Source: Phycisphaera mikurensis NBRC 102666 (lineage in GTDB: Bacteria > Planctomycetota > Phycisphaerae > Phycisphaerales > Phycisphaeraceae). From it: a stretch of DNA of 32,000 nucleotides. The stretch lies in the NCBI RefSeq assembly GCF_000284115.1, contig NC_017080.1, positions 1,770,001 through 1,802,000 on the forward strand, written 5' to 3'. Position numbers and translations under genes: made by a program. Of the stretch, positions 17,902 through 25,621 are shown in pieces; the stretch's first letter is position 1; every line of letters begins with the position of its first letter. Below the pieces are notes generated by a model. The model did no database searches, had not been told where the DNA came from, and saw only the letters and a program-made list of their open reading frames with translations.

Positions 17902-19353
17902 ATGCCCAAGCTCCTCGCCGCCGCCGCCGCCGCCGCGACGCTCCTCCCGGCGGTGGCGGTCGCGGCGGCTCCGGCCGGCGGCGGGCCGGGACCGATCTTC
18001 CGCATCGAAGCCGAGGACGCGCAGCTCACGGGCGTGCGAGCGGTCCGCGGGGCGGGCGACCCGTCCGACCACGCCGGCGACGGCTACGTCACCGGCTTCG
18101 TCGGCGACGACGCCCGCGTCCGCTTCGCCTTCCCGGCGGAGGCGGGGCTGCACGAGCTGCGGGTGGGCCACCGCTCGCCGCTGGGCGAGAAGGCGTACTT
18201 CCTGCGCGTCAACGGGTTGCAGATCGAGGAGCGCTTCGCGCGGACCGGCGACGGCTTCGAGGTGGACCGCACCGGCCGCGTGGAGCTGCGGGACGGCGTG
18301 AACGAGCTGGCGATCGCCCGCGGCTGGGGCCACTACGACCTCGACTTCATCGAGGTCTGGCCCGCCGACCCGCTCCCGGTGCCGACGGTCGCGGACCCGA
18401 CGCCCTCCAACCCGCGGGCCACGCCGGCCGCGCGGGCGCTGCTCCGCCGGCTCGCCTCGGTCTACGGCCGGGCGACGCTCTCGGGGGTGAACGCGCCCGC
18501 CGACGCCGACCACGTCGAGCGGGTGGCGGGCGTGCGGCCGGCGATGCGGTGGGCCGATCTCATGGACTTCTCGCCGAGCCGGATCGCCCGCGGCGCCGAC
18601 CCCGGCGACCTCGTCGAAGAGCAGCTCGCCGCCGCCGCCGAAGGCGCGGCCATCGGCCTGTCCTGGCACTGGAACGCGCCCTCGGGGTTGCTCGACGACC
18701 CCGCCTTCGTCGACGCCGAGGGGCAGGCGAAGGACGCCGCCTGGTACAAGGGCTTCTACACCTACGCCACCGCTTTCGACGTGGAGGCGGCGATGAACGA
18801 CCCGGCTTCGGCCGCGTACGCCGAGCTCGTGAGCGACATCGACGCGATCGCCCAGCCGCTGCGACGCTTCGCCGAGGCCGGCGTGCCGGTGCTGTGGCGG
18901 CCGCTCCACGAGGCCAACGGCGGCTGGTTCTGGTGGGCGGCGAAGGGGCCGACGCCCTACGGCAAGCTCTGGCGGCTGATGCACGACCGGCTCGTGAACG
19001 TCCACGGCCTGCACAACCTGCTGTGGGTCTACACCGGCGGACCGATCGCCTACCCCGGGGACGCCTACTGCGACCTGGTCGGCTGGGATGCCTACTACGC
19101 GGACCCGCGCGACCCGCTGACCGGAGACTGGCAGACGATGCTCGCGGCCTTCGACGGCCGCCGGATGATCGCCCTGACCGAGTTCGGCAAGGTGCCGGAC
19201 GTGCCGCGCATGCAGCGGCTGGGCGTGTGGTGGTCGTTCTTCGCTTCCTGGACCGGCGAGGACGGCCCGCGGGCGATGCCCGACGAGGAGCTCCGCCGCG
19301 TCTTCCACGCGCCCGGCGTGATGAACCTCCAGGCTTGGCGAGGCGTCCGCTGA
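17902..19353 (+). CDS. Secreted glycoside hydrolase family 26 beta-mannanase-like protein with N-terminal carbohydrate-binding-like module
   Basis: 483 aa; signal peptide, IFRIEAEDAQLTGV...YVTGFVGDDARVRFAF (CBM35-like), then PVLWRPLHEANGGWFWWAAKG (acid/base Glu region) and MIALTEFGKVPD (nucleophile region) typical of GH26. Confidence 0.87.
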   Translation: MPKLLAAAAAAATLLPAVAVAAAPAGGGPGPIFRIEAEDAQLTGVRAVRGAGDPSDHAGDGYVTGFVGDDARVRFAFPAEAGLHELRVGHRSPLGEKAYFLRVNGLQIEERFARTGDGFEVDRTGRVELRDGVNELAIARGWGHYDLDFIEVWPADPLPVPTVADPTPSNPRATPAARALLRRLASVYGRATLSGVNAPADADHVERVAGVRPAMRWADLMDFSPSRIARGADPGDLVEEQLAAAAEGAAIGLSWHWNAPSGLLDDPAFVDAEGQAKDAAWYKGFYTYATAFDVEAAMNDPASAAYAELVSDIDAIAQPLRRFAEAGVPVLWRPLHEANGGWFWWAAKGPTPYGKLWRLMHDRLVNVHGLHNLLWVYTGGPIAYPGDAYCDLVGWDAYYADPRDPLTGDWQTMLAAFDGRRMIALTEFGKVPDVPRMQRLGVWWSFFASWTGEDGPRAMPDEELRRVFHAPGVMNLQAWRGVR

Positions 19354-19488
19354 CGCGTCCGCGGATGGAGCGGGTCGGGGGCCGCGGCGGGCGACGATCC
19401 GCGGGCTCGGGGCGGAGGCCGTCCCGGCTTCGCGACGACGCGGCCGGGCCCGCGCGAGCCCGCCGCGCCCGGCCGCCCGCGGCGGCGT

Positions 19489-20298
19489 TCACTTGCCCGC
19501 GAAGAACTTCTTCACGGCGTGGACGGTCAGCTGCCGGCCGGCCTTGCCGATCGCTTCGGTGAGCGGGATCTCCTTGGGACAGACCTTCACGCAGTTCTGA
19601 GCGTTGCCGCAGTCGCCGACGCCGCCGGGGCCGGCGAGGGCCTCGAGCCGCTCGGGCTTGAGCTTCTTGCCGGTCTCGTGCTGGTTGAAGTAGTACGCCT
19701 GGGCGATCGCCTGCGCCCCGAGGAAGGCGTTGTCCGCGGTGAACTGCGGGCAGGCCTCCAGGCAGCAGCCGCAGGTCATGCAGCGGGAGATGGCGTAACG
19801 CTCCTGCTGCTGCTCCGGGGTCTCCTGCGGCCCCTCCCCGAGGTCGTGCGTGCCGTCGATGGGCACCCAGGCCTTCACGCGGATGAGGTTGTCGAACATC
19901 CGCTGGCGGTCGACGAAGAGGTCGCGCACCACCGGGAACTTGGTCATGGGCTCCAGGGAGATCAACCGTTCGTCCGCGTCCTCGAGCAGGTCGGGCACGA
20001 GGGCGGAGCAGCTCTGCCGCACGCGGCCGTTGACGATCATCGTGCACGAGCCGCACACCTCCTCGAGGCAGCCGGACTCCCAGACGACCGGCTCGACGCT
20101 CTCGCCCTCGACGGTCGTGGGGTGGGCGGCGACGTACTGCAGCACCGAGATGACGTTCTGCGCGGGCCGCTCGGGCACCTCGAAGGTGTTCCAGTAGCTG
20201 GGCTGATCGGCGCCATCCTGCCTCTTGATGCGCACGCGGAAGGTCTTCGCGGCGGGGGAGGCGGCGTCGGAGGCTTTCGAGTCGGCGGGGGCGATCAT
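19489..20298 (-). CDS. sdhB: Succinate dehydrogenase / fumarate reductase iron-sulfur subunit
   Basis: 269 aa; ESGCLEEVCGSCTMIVNGRVRQSC 2Fe-2S motif, SRCMTCGCCLEACPQF and GNAQNCVKVCPKEIPLTEAI cysteine clusters. Confidence 0.93.
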   Translation of the reverse strand: MIAPADSKASDAASPAAKTFRVRIKRQDGADQPSYWNTFEVPERPAQNVISVLQYVAAHPTTVEGESVEPVVWESGCLEEVCGSCTMIVNGRVRQSCSALVPDLLEDADERLISLEPMTKFPVVRDLFVDRQRMFDNLIRVKAWVPIDGTHDLGEGPQETPEQQQERYAISRCMTCGCCLEACPQFTADNAFLGAQAIAQAYYFNQHETGKKLKPERLEALAGPGGVGDCGNAQNCVKVCPKEIPLTEAIGKAGRQLTVHAVKKFFAGK

Positions 20299-20480
20299 GG
20301 CGGGTGTGGGAGCGGGACCGGTGCGGCGGAACTTTAGGGACGCGATCGGCCGGCGCGGCGGGCGGTGGGCACGCCGACCGCGTCTGCATCGGGGGTTTCG
20401 TCGGTGCCCCGACCCGCCTACGCTTGGGCGACGCCCGGCACCCGCAGGGCGTGGCTCGACGCTTCCTCTGGAGACGGCTC

Positions 20481-20894
20481 ATGCGATCGCCCCTTCCCCG
20501 CGTTCCCGCCGCCGGATCGCTGTGCTGCGTCGCGGCGCTCGCGCTGGGCGTCGGCTGCAGCTCGACCGCCTACGAGCGGGAGCAGCAGCGGCTCACGAGC
20601 CTGCAGCAGTCGCTCGCGGCCGCCGCCGAGCGGCTCAACGCCGCGGATCTCCCGGGGGCCGAGGCGCACCTCGACGAGGCCGGCGGCCTCGCCGAGAGCG
20701 ATTACGAGCGGCGGAAGGTGGCGAGCCTGAGGGGCGTCGTGGAGGGGGCGGACCGCCTCGCCGAGGGCGACGGGCCCGGGGCCGCCGCCGCCTGGTCGAG
20801 GATCCAGAGCCCGACCCTCCGCTACGAGGTGCAGGAAAAGGCGGCGGGCGTGGGCATCCAGGTGCCCGACCGCCCGGTGCCCGCTGCGGAGTGA
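20481..20894 (+). CDS. Small putative lipoprotein, hypothetical
   Basis: MRSPLPRVPAAGSLCCVAALALGVGCSSTAYEREQQRLTSLQQSLAAAAERLNAADLPGAEAHLDEAGG; lipobox-like GVGC followed by a helical/TPR-like region. The ORF track opens at 20304. Confidence 0.7.
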   Translation: MRSPLPRVPAAGSLCCVAALALGVGCSSTAYEREQQRLTSLQQSLAAAAERLNAADLPGAEAHLDEAGGLAESDYERRKVASLRGVVEGADRLAEGDGPGAAAAWSRIQSPTLRYEVQEKAAGVGIQVPDRPVPAAE

Positions 20895-20929
20895 TCCGGC
20901 CGCTTCTTCTCTCGCCCACGAGGTCCCCC

Positions 20930-22003
20930 ATGAACGCTTCTCCCTCCGGTTTCTGCTTCCGCGGCACGGCCCTCGCGGCCCTGCTCGCCGCCTCCGCCGC
21001 CTCGGCACAGGACAGCGTCTTCACCGAGCTGCCCGCGGAGCCGGCGGCGACGCCCTCGGCCGAATCCAGCGAGCGGGCGGGCCGGCCCGTCCTCGACGGC
21101 TACGACTTCGGCCAGGTGGTCGACACGATGGAGGCGTCGGTCACGCCGCTGCAAGAGGAGATGGACCGCAGCTTCGCGGTGCTGATCGAGCGGATGGGCG
21201 ATGCCGAGCGCCTGCTCGAGGAGGGCCGCACGCTCGAGGCGATGGAGGAAGCCTCGGCCGCGATCGACGGCGTGCTCGCCGTCCGCGACAGGGTCCTCGA
21301 GCCGATGTGGGACGGGCAGCAGGCGTTGCAGGAGCAGACCGGCGCCGCCCGGCTGCGGCTGGCCAAGGCGATGGCGGCGGTGGAGGCCGAGAAGCGTCCG
21401 GGCACCAGCGAGGCCGAGCAGCAGACCGAGGGCGTGCTGGACTCGATCGCGGCGCGGATCGCCAACGAGACCGACCCGAACCGCAAGAAGCGGCTGATGG
21501 CGCACTACCGCACGGTGCGGAACCTCGCCAGCGTGAAGAGCCTGACCGACCAGCTCTCCCCCGATCAGCGGAAGCTGTGGGTGAACGTGCTCTCGGTGCT
21601 GGACGACGCCGGGCTCGCCCACCAGCAGGTGCTCATGGGCAGCGAGGTGCTGTTCTCGCAGTTCGAGGCGACCTCGGCGAACCTCCGCGAGTTCATGCGG
21701 CTGCACCGCACCGTCGACGGGGCCAGCGAGCTCATCGAGATGGTCCGCGGCATGCAGCAGGACGGGTCGGGCTTCGCCGGCTTCGTCACGAACATGAGCG
21801 AGCTGCAGGACCGGCTCGCGGGCTTCAACACCTCGATGGAGGGCGCGCTGCAGGGGCAGATGGCCATCCTCGAGGGCCGCGTCGACGAGCTCGGCGGCCT
21901 GGAGGGCGACGTCCTCGGCGACGACGGCGTGATGATGTCCGCCGACGCCGACGCCGAGATGCAGAACCGCATCCGCCGGCTGCAGCAGGCCGACGACGAG
22001 TGA
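20930..22003 (+). CDS. Exported coiled-coil protein of unknown function
   Basis: MNASPSGFCFRGTALAALLAASAASAQDSVFTELPAEP signal peptide, then a long charged helical region (MEASVTPLQEEMDRSFAVLIERMGDAERLLEEGRTLEAMEEASAAIDG...). The ORF track opens at 20225. Confidence 0.75.
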   Translation: MNASPSGFCFRGTALAALLAASAASAQDSVFTELPAEPAATPSAESSERAGRPVLDGYDFGQVVDTMEASVTPLQEEMDRSFAVLIERMGDAERLLEEGRTLEAMEEASAAIDGVLAVRDRVLEPMWDGQQALQEQTGAARLRLAKAMAAVEAEKRPGTSEAEQQTEGVLDSIAARIANETDPNRKKRLMAHYRTVRNLASVKSLTDQLSPDQRKLWVNVLSVLDDAGLAHQQVLMGSEVLFSQFEATSANLREFMRLHRTVDGASELIEMVRGMQQDGSGFAGFVTNMSELQDRLAGFNTSMEGALQGQMAILEGRVDELGGLEGDVLGDDGVMMSADADAEMQNRIRRLQQADDE

Positions 22004-22023
22004 TCTTCCCCCACCCCCACCCC

Positions 22024-22512
22024 ATGATGAAGCGCACCTCCACCCTCCTCGCTCTCGCGGCGCTGCTGCTGGCGGCGCCTGCGCTGCTGCCCGCCGGCGT
22101 GCCCGGCGCCGCGGCGTTCGCCTCCGCACAGGAGATCACCCCCGAGGTGCGGGCCGACTTCGCCCGCCTCACCCGCGAGCGGAGCCAGGCCCACGCCCAG
22201 CTCCGCAAGCTCGACCGGCAGGCCGCGGACCGCGTCCGCGACGGCCGCGACGCGACCGAGGTGTACGCCGAGCAGATCAACACGCAGGACAAGCTGGACC
22301 TGATCCAGCTGCGCCTCGAGCTGCTCGCCACCCGCTACGGCCTCCCGCTGCAGCCGGTGGAGGCCCCGGAGGCCTCCGACGGCCGCGACCCTGTGGAGAA
22401 AGCGACCGACCGCGTGTTCTCGCGCGGCGAGGCACGGGCCCGGGATCAGCTCCGACGTGACGTGGAAGACTTCCTGCGGTCGATCGACTTCAGCGACTTC
22501 CTGGCGGAGTGA
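22024..22512 (+). CDS. Small exported helical protein of unknown function
   Basis: MMKRTSTLLALAALLLAAPALLPAGVPGAAAFASAQEITPEVRADFARLTRERSQAHAQLRKLDRQAADRV...; ATG 20 nt after the previous stop. The ORF track opens upstream at 21307 in the same frame. Confidence 0.7.
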   Translation: MMKRTSTLLALAALLLAAPALLPAGVPGAAAFASAQEITPEVRADFARLTRERSQAHAQLRKLDRQAADRVRDGRDATEVYAEQINTQDKLDLIQLRLELLATRYGLPLQPVEAPEASDGRDPVEKATDRVFSRGEARARDQLRRDVEDFLRSIDFSDFLAE

Positions 22513-22540
22513 GGACGCATCGGCTCCGCCGATCGAGCGA

Positions 22541-22620
22541 AGAAGCGGGGAAGCGAAGAAGCGAAGAAGCGAAGAAGCGAAGAAGCGAGGAAGTCAAGAA
22601 GCGGGGAAGCGAAGGAGTCA
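22541..22620. repeat. Degenerate tandem GCGAAGAA-type simple repeat
   Basis: AGAAGCGGGGAAGCGAAGAAGCGAAGAAGCGAAGAAGCGAAGAAGCGAGGAAGTCAAGAAGCGGGGAAGCGAAGG-type sequence between the 22024-22512 gene and exbB-like gene. Confidence 0.8.
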
Positions 22621-22738
22621 GCAGAGTTGGAGTTCGGCACGTTTGCTCTTCAGGAGCCACCTCGGGGTCACTGCTCGCCCGGTCCCCCGCAGGTCCCAAG
22701 CCTCACTGTCTGACTTCCCCGCTTCTCCGCTTCTTCGC
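22569..22738. repeat. Long inverted repeat, 28-bp arms with 2 mismatches
   Basis: Left GCGAAGAAGCGAAGAAGCGAGGAAGTCA (22569-22596); right TGACTTCCCCGCTTCTCCGCTTCTTCGC (22711-22738), whose reverse complement is GCGAAGAAGCGGAGAAGCGGGGAAGTCA. Confidence 0.8.
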
Positions 22739-22761
22739 CCGCCTCTCTCCCTCCTGCCGCC

Positions 22762-23181
22762 ATGCTGATGCGTTTCATGGAACTCGGCGGGCCGCTGATG
22801 TGGCCGCTGCTCGCGTGCTCCGTCCTGCTGGGCGCGGTGCTCTTCGAGCGGCTCTGGACGGTGGGCGTCCTCCACCTGATGCTCGGCGCGGCGGGCGGCG
22901 TCGGCCCCGCTGCGCTGGCCTGGCACCGGCGGGCGCTGCCGTTCTTCGTGGACGTGCCGCCGAGCATCGGGCTGCTCGGGACCGTCGTGGGCGTCATCCG
23001 CAGCTTCAACCTCGGCGGCGGCGGGATCGACACCGACGCGGTGGCCTCCGGGCTCGGGGTGGCCTGCATCACCACGGTCTTCGGGCTTTCGATCGCGATC
23101 GTCGCGTCGATCGCGCAGCACCTGCTGGACTGGATCACCGGGCAGCCGGAGCCGGGGCAGCCCGCAGAGGCGGGGGGCTGA
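22762..23181 (+). CDS. MotA/TolQ/ExbB proton channel family protein
   Basis: 139 aa; MWPLLACSVLLGAVLFERLW, FFVDVPPSIGLLGTVVGVIRSFN, ASGLGVACITTVFGLSIAIVASIAQHLL. Confidence 0.88.
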   Translation: MLMRFMELGGPLMWPLLACSVLLGAVLFERLWTVGVLHLMLGAAGGVGPAALAWHRRALPFFVDVPPSIGLLGTVVGVIRSFNLGGGGIDTDAVASGLGVACITTVFGLSIAIVASIAQHLLDWITGQPEPGQPAEAGG

Positions 23182-23182
23182 G

Positions 23183-23572
23183 ATGGCGTACAAGAGCTTC
23201 ATCGACCTGCTGTTCATCCTGCTGCTGTCGACGTTCGTGCTGCTCTCCGAGTCGGTGCGGATGGAGACGGTCGACGCGAACCCCGCGGAGGTCTCCGGCG
23301 GCGCCCTGGCGCTGGACGAAGCGGAGCGGGCGGTGCAGGTGGCGGTGCTGCCCGGCGGCCGCGTCGCGGTCGCGGGGGAGGAGGTGGACGACGCCGCGGC
23401 GGCGGGGCGGGTGCCGGCGGGGGCCTGGGCGCTGCTGGTGCCGGGGCCGGAGGGGCTCGGGCACCAGCGGGTGATGGAGGTCTGGGCGACGCTGCGGGCG
23501 GCGGGCCTGGACGTGCGGCTGGGCGTGAAGCCCGGCCCCGGGCCCGGCTCTGCCGCGAAGGAAGGCGTGTAG
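23183..23572 (+). CDS. ExbD/TolR family biopolymer transport protein
   Basis: AYKSFIDLLFILLLSTFVLLSESVRMETVDANP single N-terminal TM plus a periplasmic domain containing GGRVAVAGEEVDDAAAAG; immediately follows the ExbB-like gene. Confidence 0.8.
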   Translation: MAYKSFIDLLFILLLSTFVLLSESVRMETVDANPAEVSGGALALDEAERAVQVAVLPGGRVAVAGEEVDDAAAAGRVPAGAWALLVPGPEGLGHQRVMEVWATLRAAGLDVRLGVKPGPGPGSAAKEGV

Positions 23573-23573
23573 C

Positions 23574-24581
23574 GTGTCTCGTGCCGCGCTGGTCCTGGGC
23601 TTGCTCCTCTCCCTCGCGGTGCACGCGGCGGCGCTGTGGATCGGGCGGACGCCGCCGCCGGCGGCGGCGGAGGCACCGGTGACGGTGGCGCTGGTGGAGT
23701 TGCCGCCGGAGCCCGAACCCGAAGCCGGGGCCGAGCCCGGAATGCCGCCGGAGCCGGAGCCGCCTGCTGCGCCCGAGCCCGCTCCCGAGCCCGAGTCCCC
23801 ATCGGAGCCGGAGCCGGAGCCAGAGCCAGAGCCGGAGCCAGAGCGAGAGCCAGAGCCGGAGCCTGTTGCCGCCTCGCAGCCGGCTCCGGAAGCCGCGCCC
23901 GAGCCCGCTCCCGAGCCTGCGCCCGCGCCGGAGCCCGCGCCCGTGCCCCCGCCCGCACCCGCGGCGGAGCCCGCACCCGTTGCCCCGCCGCGGATCACCC
24001 CGGCGGACGCGCCACCGCCGCCACGCGACGCCCAACCCGAACCCGAGCCCAAGGCCGAGCCCGCACCCGAGGCGGCTCGGGAAGCCGCGCCCGCCGCGAA
24101 CGATTCGCTGCTCCGATCCGACGCTCCCACGACCGATCGCCCCGGCCCGGTCCTCGGCATCGACTGGGGCACGCCCGAGGATGCGATCGCCACCCTGCGG
24201 GCCAACCGCATGGTGGTCGCCATCTGGCGGGCCGACCGCTCCGGCGAGGGCGGCACCTACCAGGGCCGGGTCGAGTTCGTCAACGGCCGCTGGCGTCGCG
24301 AGCCGATCGATCCCGCGTCGCTCCCGCGCTTCGCGCGCACCCAGCGCCGGCTCGACGACGTCCCCGCCTTCAACGACGCCCGCCGCGCCGCCCGGCTGCG
24401 GCTGGGCGAGCGGCTGGTGGTGCTGATGCCGGTGGAGGTCGAGCGGAAGCTGCGGGCGAGCCTCGCCGCCGCGGCCGCCGACCGCGGCCTGGCCTATGAC
24501 GACGTGCGGGTGTTCGCCGGCCGCTTCCGCGTCCGCGGCGGCGCCGTCCGCTTCGAGATCGTCGAGGTCGTGCCCCATTGA
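23574..24581 (+). CDS. TonB/TolA-like protein with Pro/Glu-rich (PEPEPE/APEPAP) spacer
   Basis: GTG start; single N-terminal TM (VLGLLLSLAVHAAALWIG) followed by about 140 residues of (PE)n/(AP)n low complexity and a small C-terminal globular domain; third gene after ExbB/ExbD. TonB-like role inferred from architecture and position. Confidence 0.75.
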   Translation: MSRAALVLGLLLSLAVHAAALWIGRTPPPAAAEAPVTVALVELPPEPEPEAGAEPGMPPEPEPPAAPEPAPEPESPSEPEPEPEPEPEPEREPEPEPVAASQPAPEAAPEPAPEPAPAPEPAPVPPPAPAAEPAPVAPPRITPADAPPPPRDAQPEPEPKAEPAPEAAREAAPAANDSLLRSDAPTTDRPGPVLGIDWGTPEDAIATLRANRMVVAIWRADRSGEGGTYQGRVEFVNGRWRREPIDPASLPRFARTQRRLDDVPAFNDARRAARLRLGERLVVLMPVEVERKLRASLAAAAADRGLAYDDVRVFAGRFRVRGGAVRFEIVEVVPH

Positions 24582-24583
24582 AT

Positions 24584-24629
24584 CCGCGGACCGCGGGCCG
24601 GATCCGCCCGCCCCGGCGACGGTCCGCGG
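24584..24629. repeat. 46-nt inverted-repeat element, copy B
   Basis: CCGCGGACCG CGGGCCGGATCCGCCCGCCCCGGCGA CGGTCCGCGG; perfect 10-bp arms, starting 3 nt after the TonB-like stop. Confidence 0.85.
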
Positions 24630-24651
24630 CTCCCGCTCCTGAGATGGCCCC

Positions 24652-25569
24652 ATGAGAAAGCTCCGCCCCCTGCTCGCCTGCCTCGCGCTGCTGTCCACGG
24701 GCCCGGTGTCCGCGCAGCCGGCGCGGGCGACTCCCGCGCCCGCCGCGGACGCTCCCGCCTCCAGCCCCCTCGCCGCCGCCTACGCGGTGCTCACGGCCGG
24801 CCGGACGCGCGAGGCCGAGCTGGCCTTCCTCCGCCTGGCGGCCACCGCGGGCCCCGGCGACGCGGGCGCGCTGCTGGGCGCCGGCCTCGCCGCCGCGGCC
24901 GCGGGTGACGCCGGTCCCGCCGTCAAGCGGCTGCGGGCCGTGCTCCGGCTCGGGCCCGGCGGTGCCCTCCGTGGCCTCCCGCCCCGCGATGACCTCCTCG
25001 GCGTCGTGACGGCGGGCCGGACGAACCTCGAGAACGGCTTGATGGAGACCGACGACGTCGGCGGCGTGCTCGTCTCCTCGGCGCTCCTAGACTTCTTGGT
25101 CGGCGACCTGGAGACGGCACGGCTGAGCCTCGCCGCCGCCGTCCGCCGCGACGGGATGCAGCCGGAAATGCGGAGCCTGGACCGGCTCCTCCAGAACGCC
25201 CGCCTCGGCCTCCAAGCGGAGGGCGTGCAGCCGACGCCGCGCGTCACGCCGCCCGCGGCCCCGCGGGAGGTCGCTCGGGCGCCCGCGCCCGAGCTCGCCC
25301 TCGAGTCCGCACCCGAGTCCGCACCCGAGCCCGCACCCGGGCTGGCCTCCGAGCCGCCCGCCGCACCCCGCCTGCTCCGCCCGGTGAACCCCGGGGAGGA
25401 CGCCGAGCGTCCGCGGATCTTCTTCGACTACGAGAAGCTGAACCTGCGGGTCAGCGAGATGGCCGGCAGCCTGGAGAGCTTCGAGAAGAAGCTGATGCAG
25501 TCGCTGATGCGGGAGGCGCCCCCGCCCGCTCCCGACGCCGCCGCGTCGCCGGCGCCGGCGGCTCCATGA
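24652..25569 (+). CDS. Exported TPR-like/helical repeat protein of unknown function
   Basis: MRKLRPLLACLALLSTGPVSAQPARATPAPAADAPASSPLAAAYAVLTAGRTREAELAFLRLAATAGPGDAGALLGAGLAAAAAGDAGPAVKRLRAVLRL. Confidence 0.75.
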   Translation: MRKLRPLLACLALLSTGPVSAQPARATPAPAADAPASSPLAAAYAVLTAGRTREAELAFLRLAATAGPGDAGALLGAGLAAAAAGDAGPAVKRLRAVLRLGPGGALRGLPPRDDLLGVVTAGRTNLENGLMETDDVGGVLVSSALLDFLVGDLETARLSLAAAVRRDGMQPEMRSLDRLLQNARLGLQAEGVQPTPRVTPPAAPREVARAPAPELALESAPESAPEPAPGLASEPPAAPRLLRPVNPGEDAERPRIFFDYEKLNLRVSEMAGSLESFEKKLMQSLMREAPPPAPDAAASPAPAAP

Positions 25570-25621
25570 CCAAAACCGCCGCCGAGCGCCCGCCCGAGCG
25601 ATCCCGCTAGGGTGCCGATCC

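Noticed and set aside
13661-18029. Antisense ORFs 13661..16963 and 15633..18029 and sense-frame 15650..18301
   Set aside because: They overlap metG and the GGDEF/EAL gene, which have unmistakable motifs in another frame; the translated sequences have shadow-ORF composition with no domain pattern.
18560-20482. Antisense or alternate-frame ORFs 18560..20482 and 19519..20337 + around sdhB
   Set aside because: sdhB on the minus strand has all ferredoxin and SDH cysteine motifs; the + strand frames are mirror products.
23620-24090. CCGGAG/CCCGAG-rich tandem sequence considered as a CRISPR-like or satellite repeat
   Set aside because: It is fully explained as in-frame Pro-Glu/Ala-Pro codons of the TonB-like protein; no fixed-size repeat/spacer alternation.
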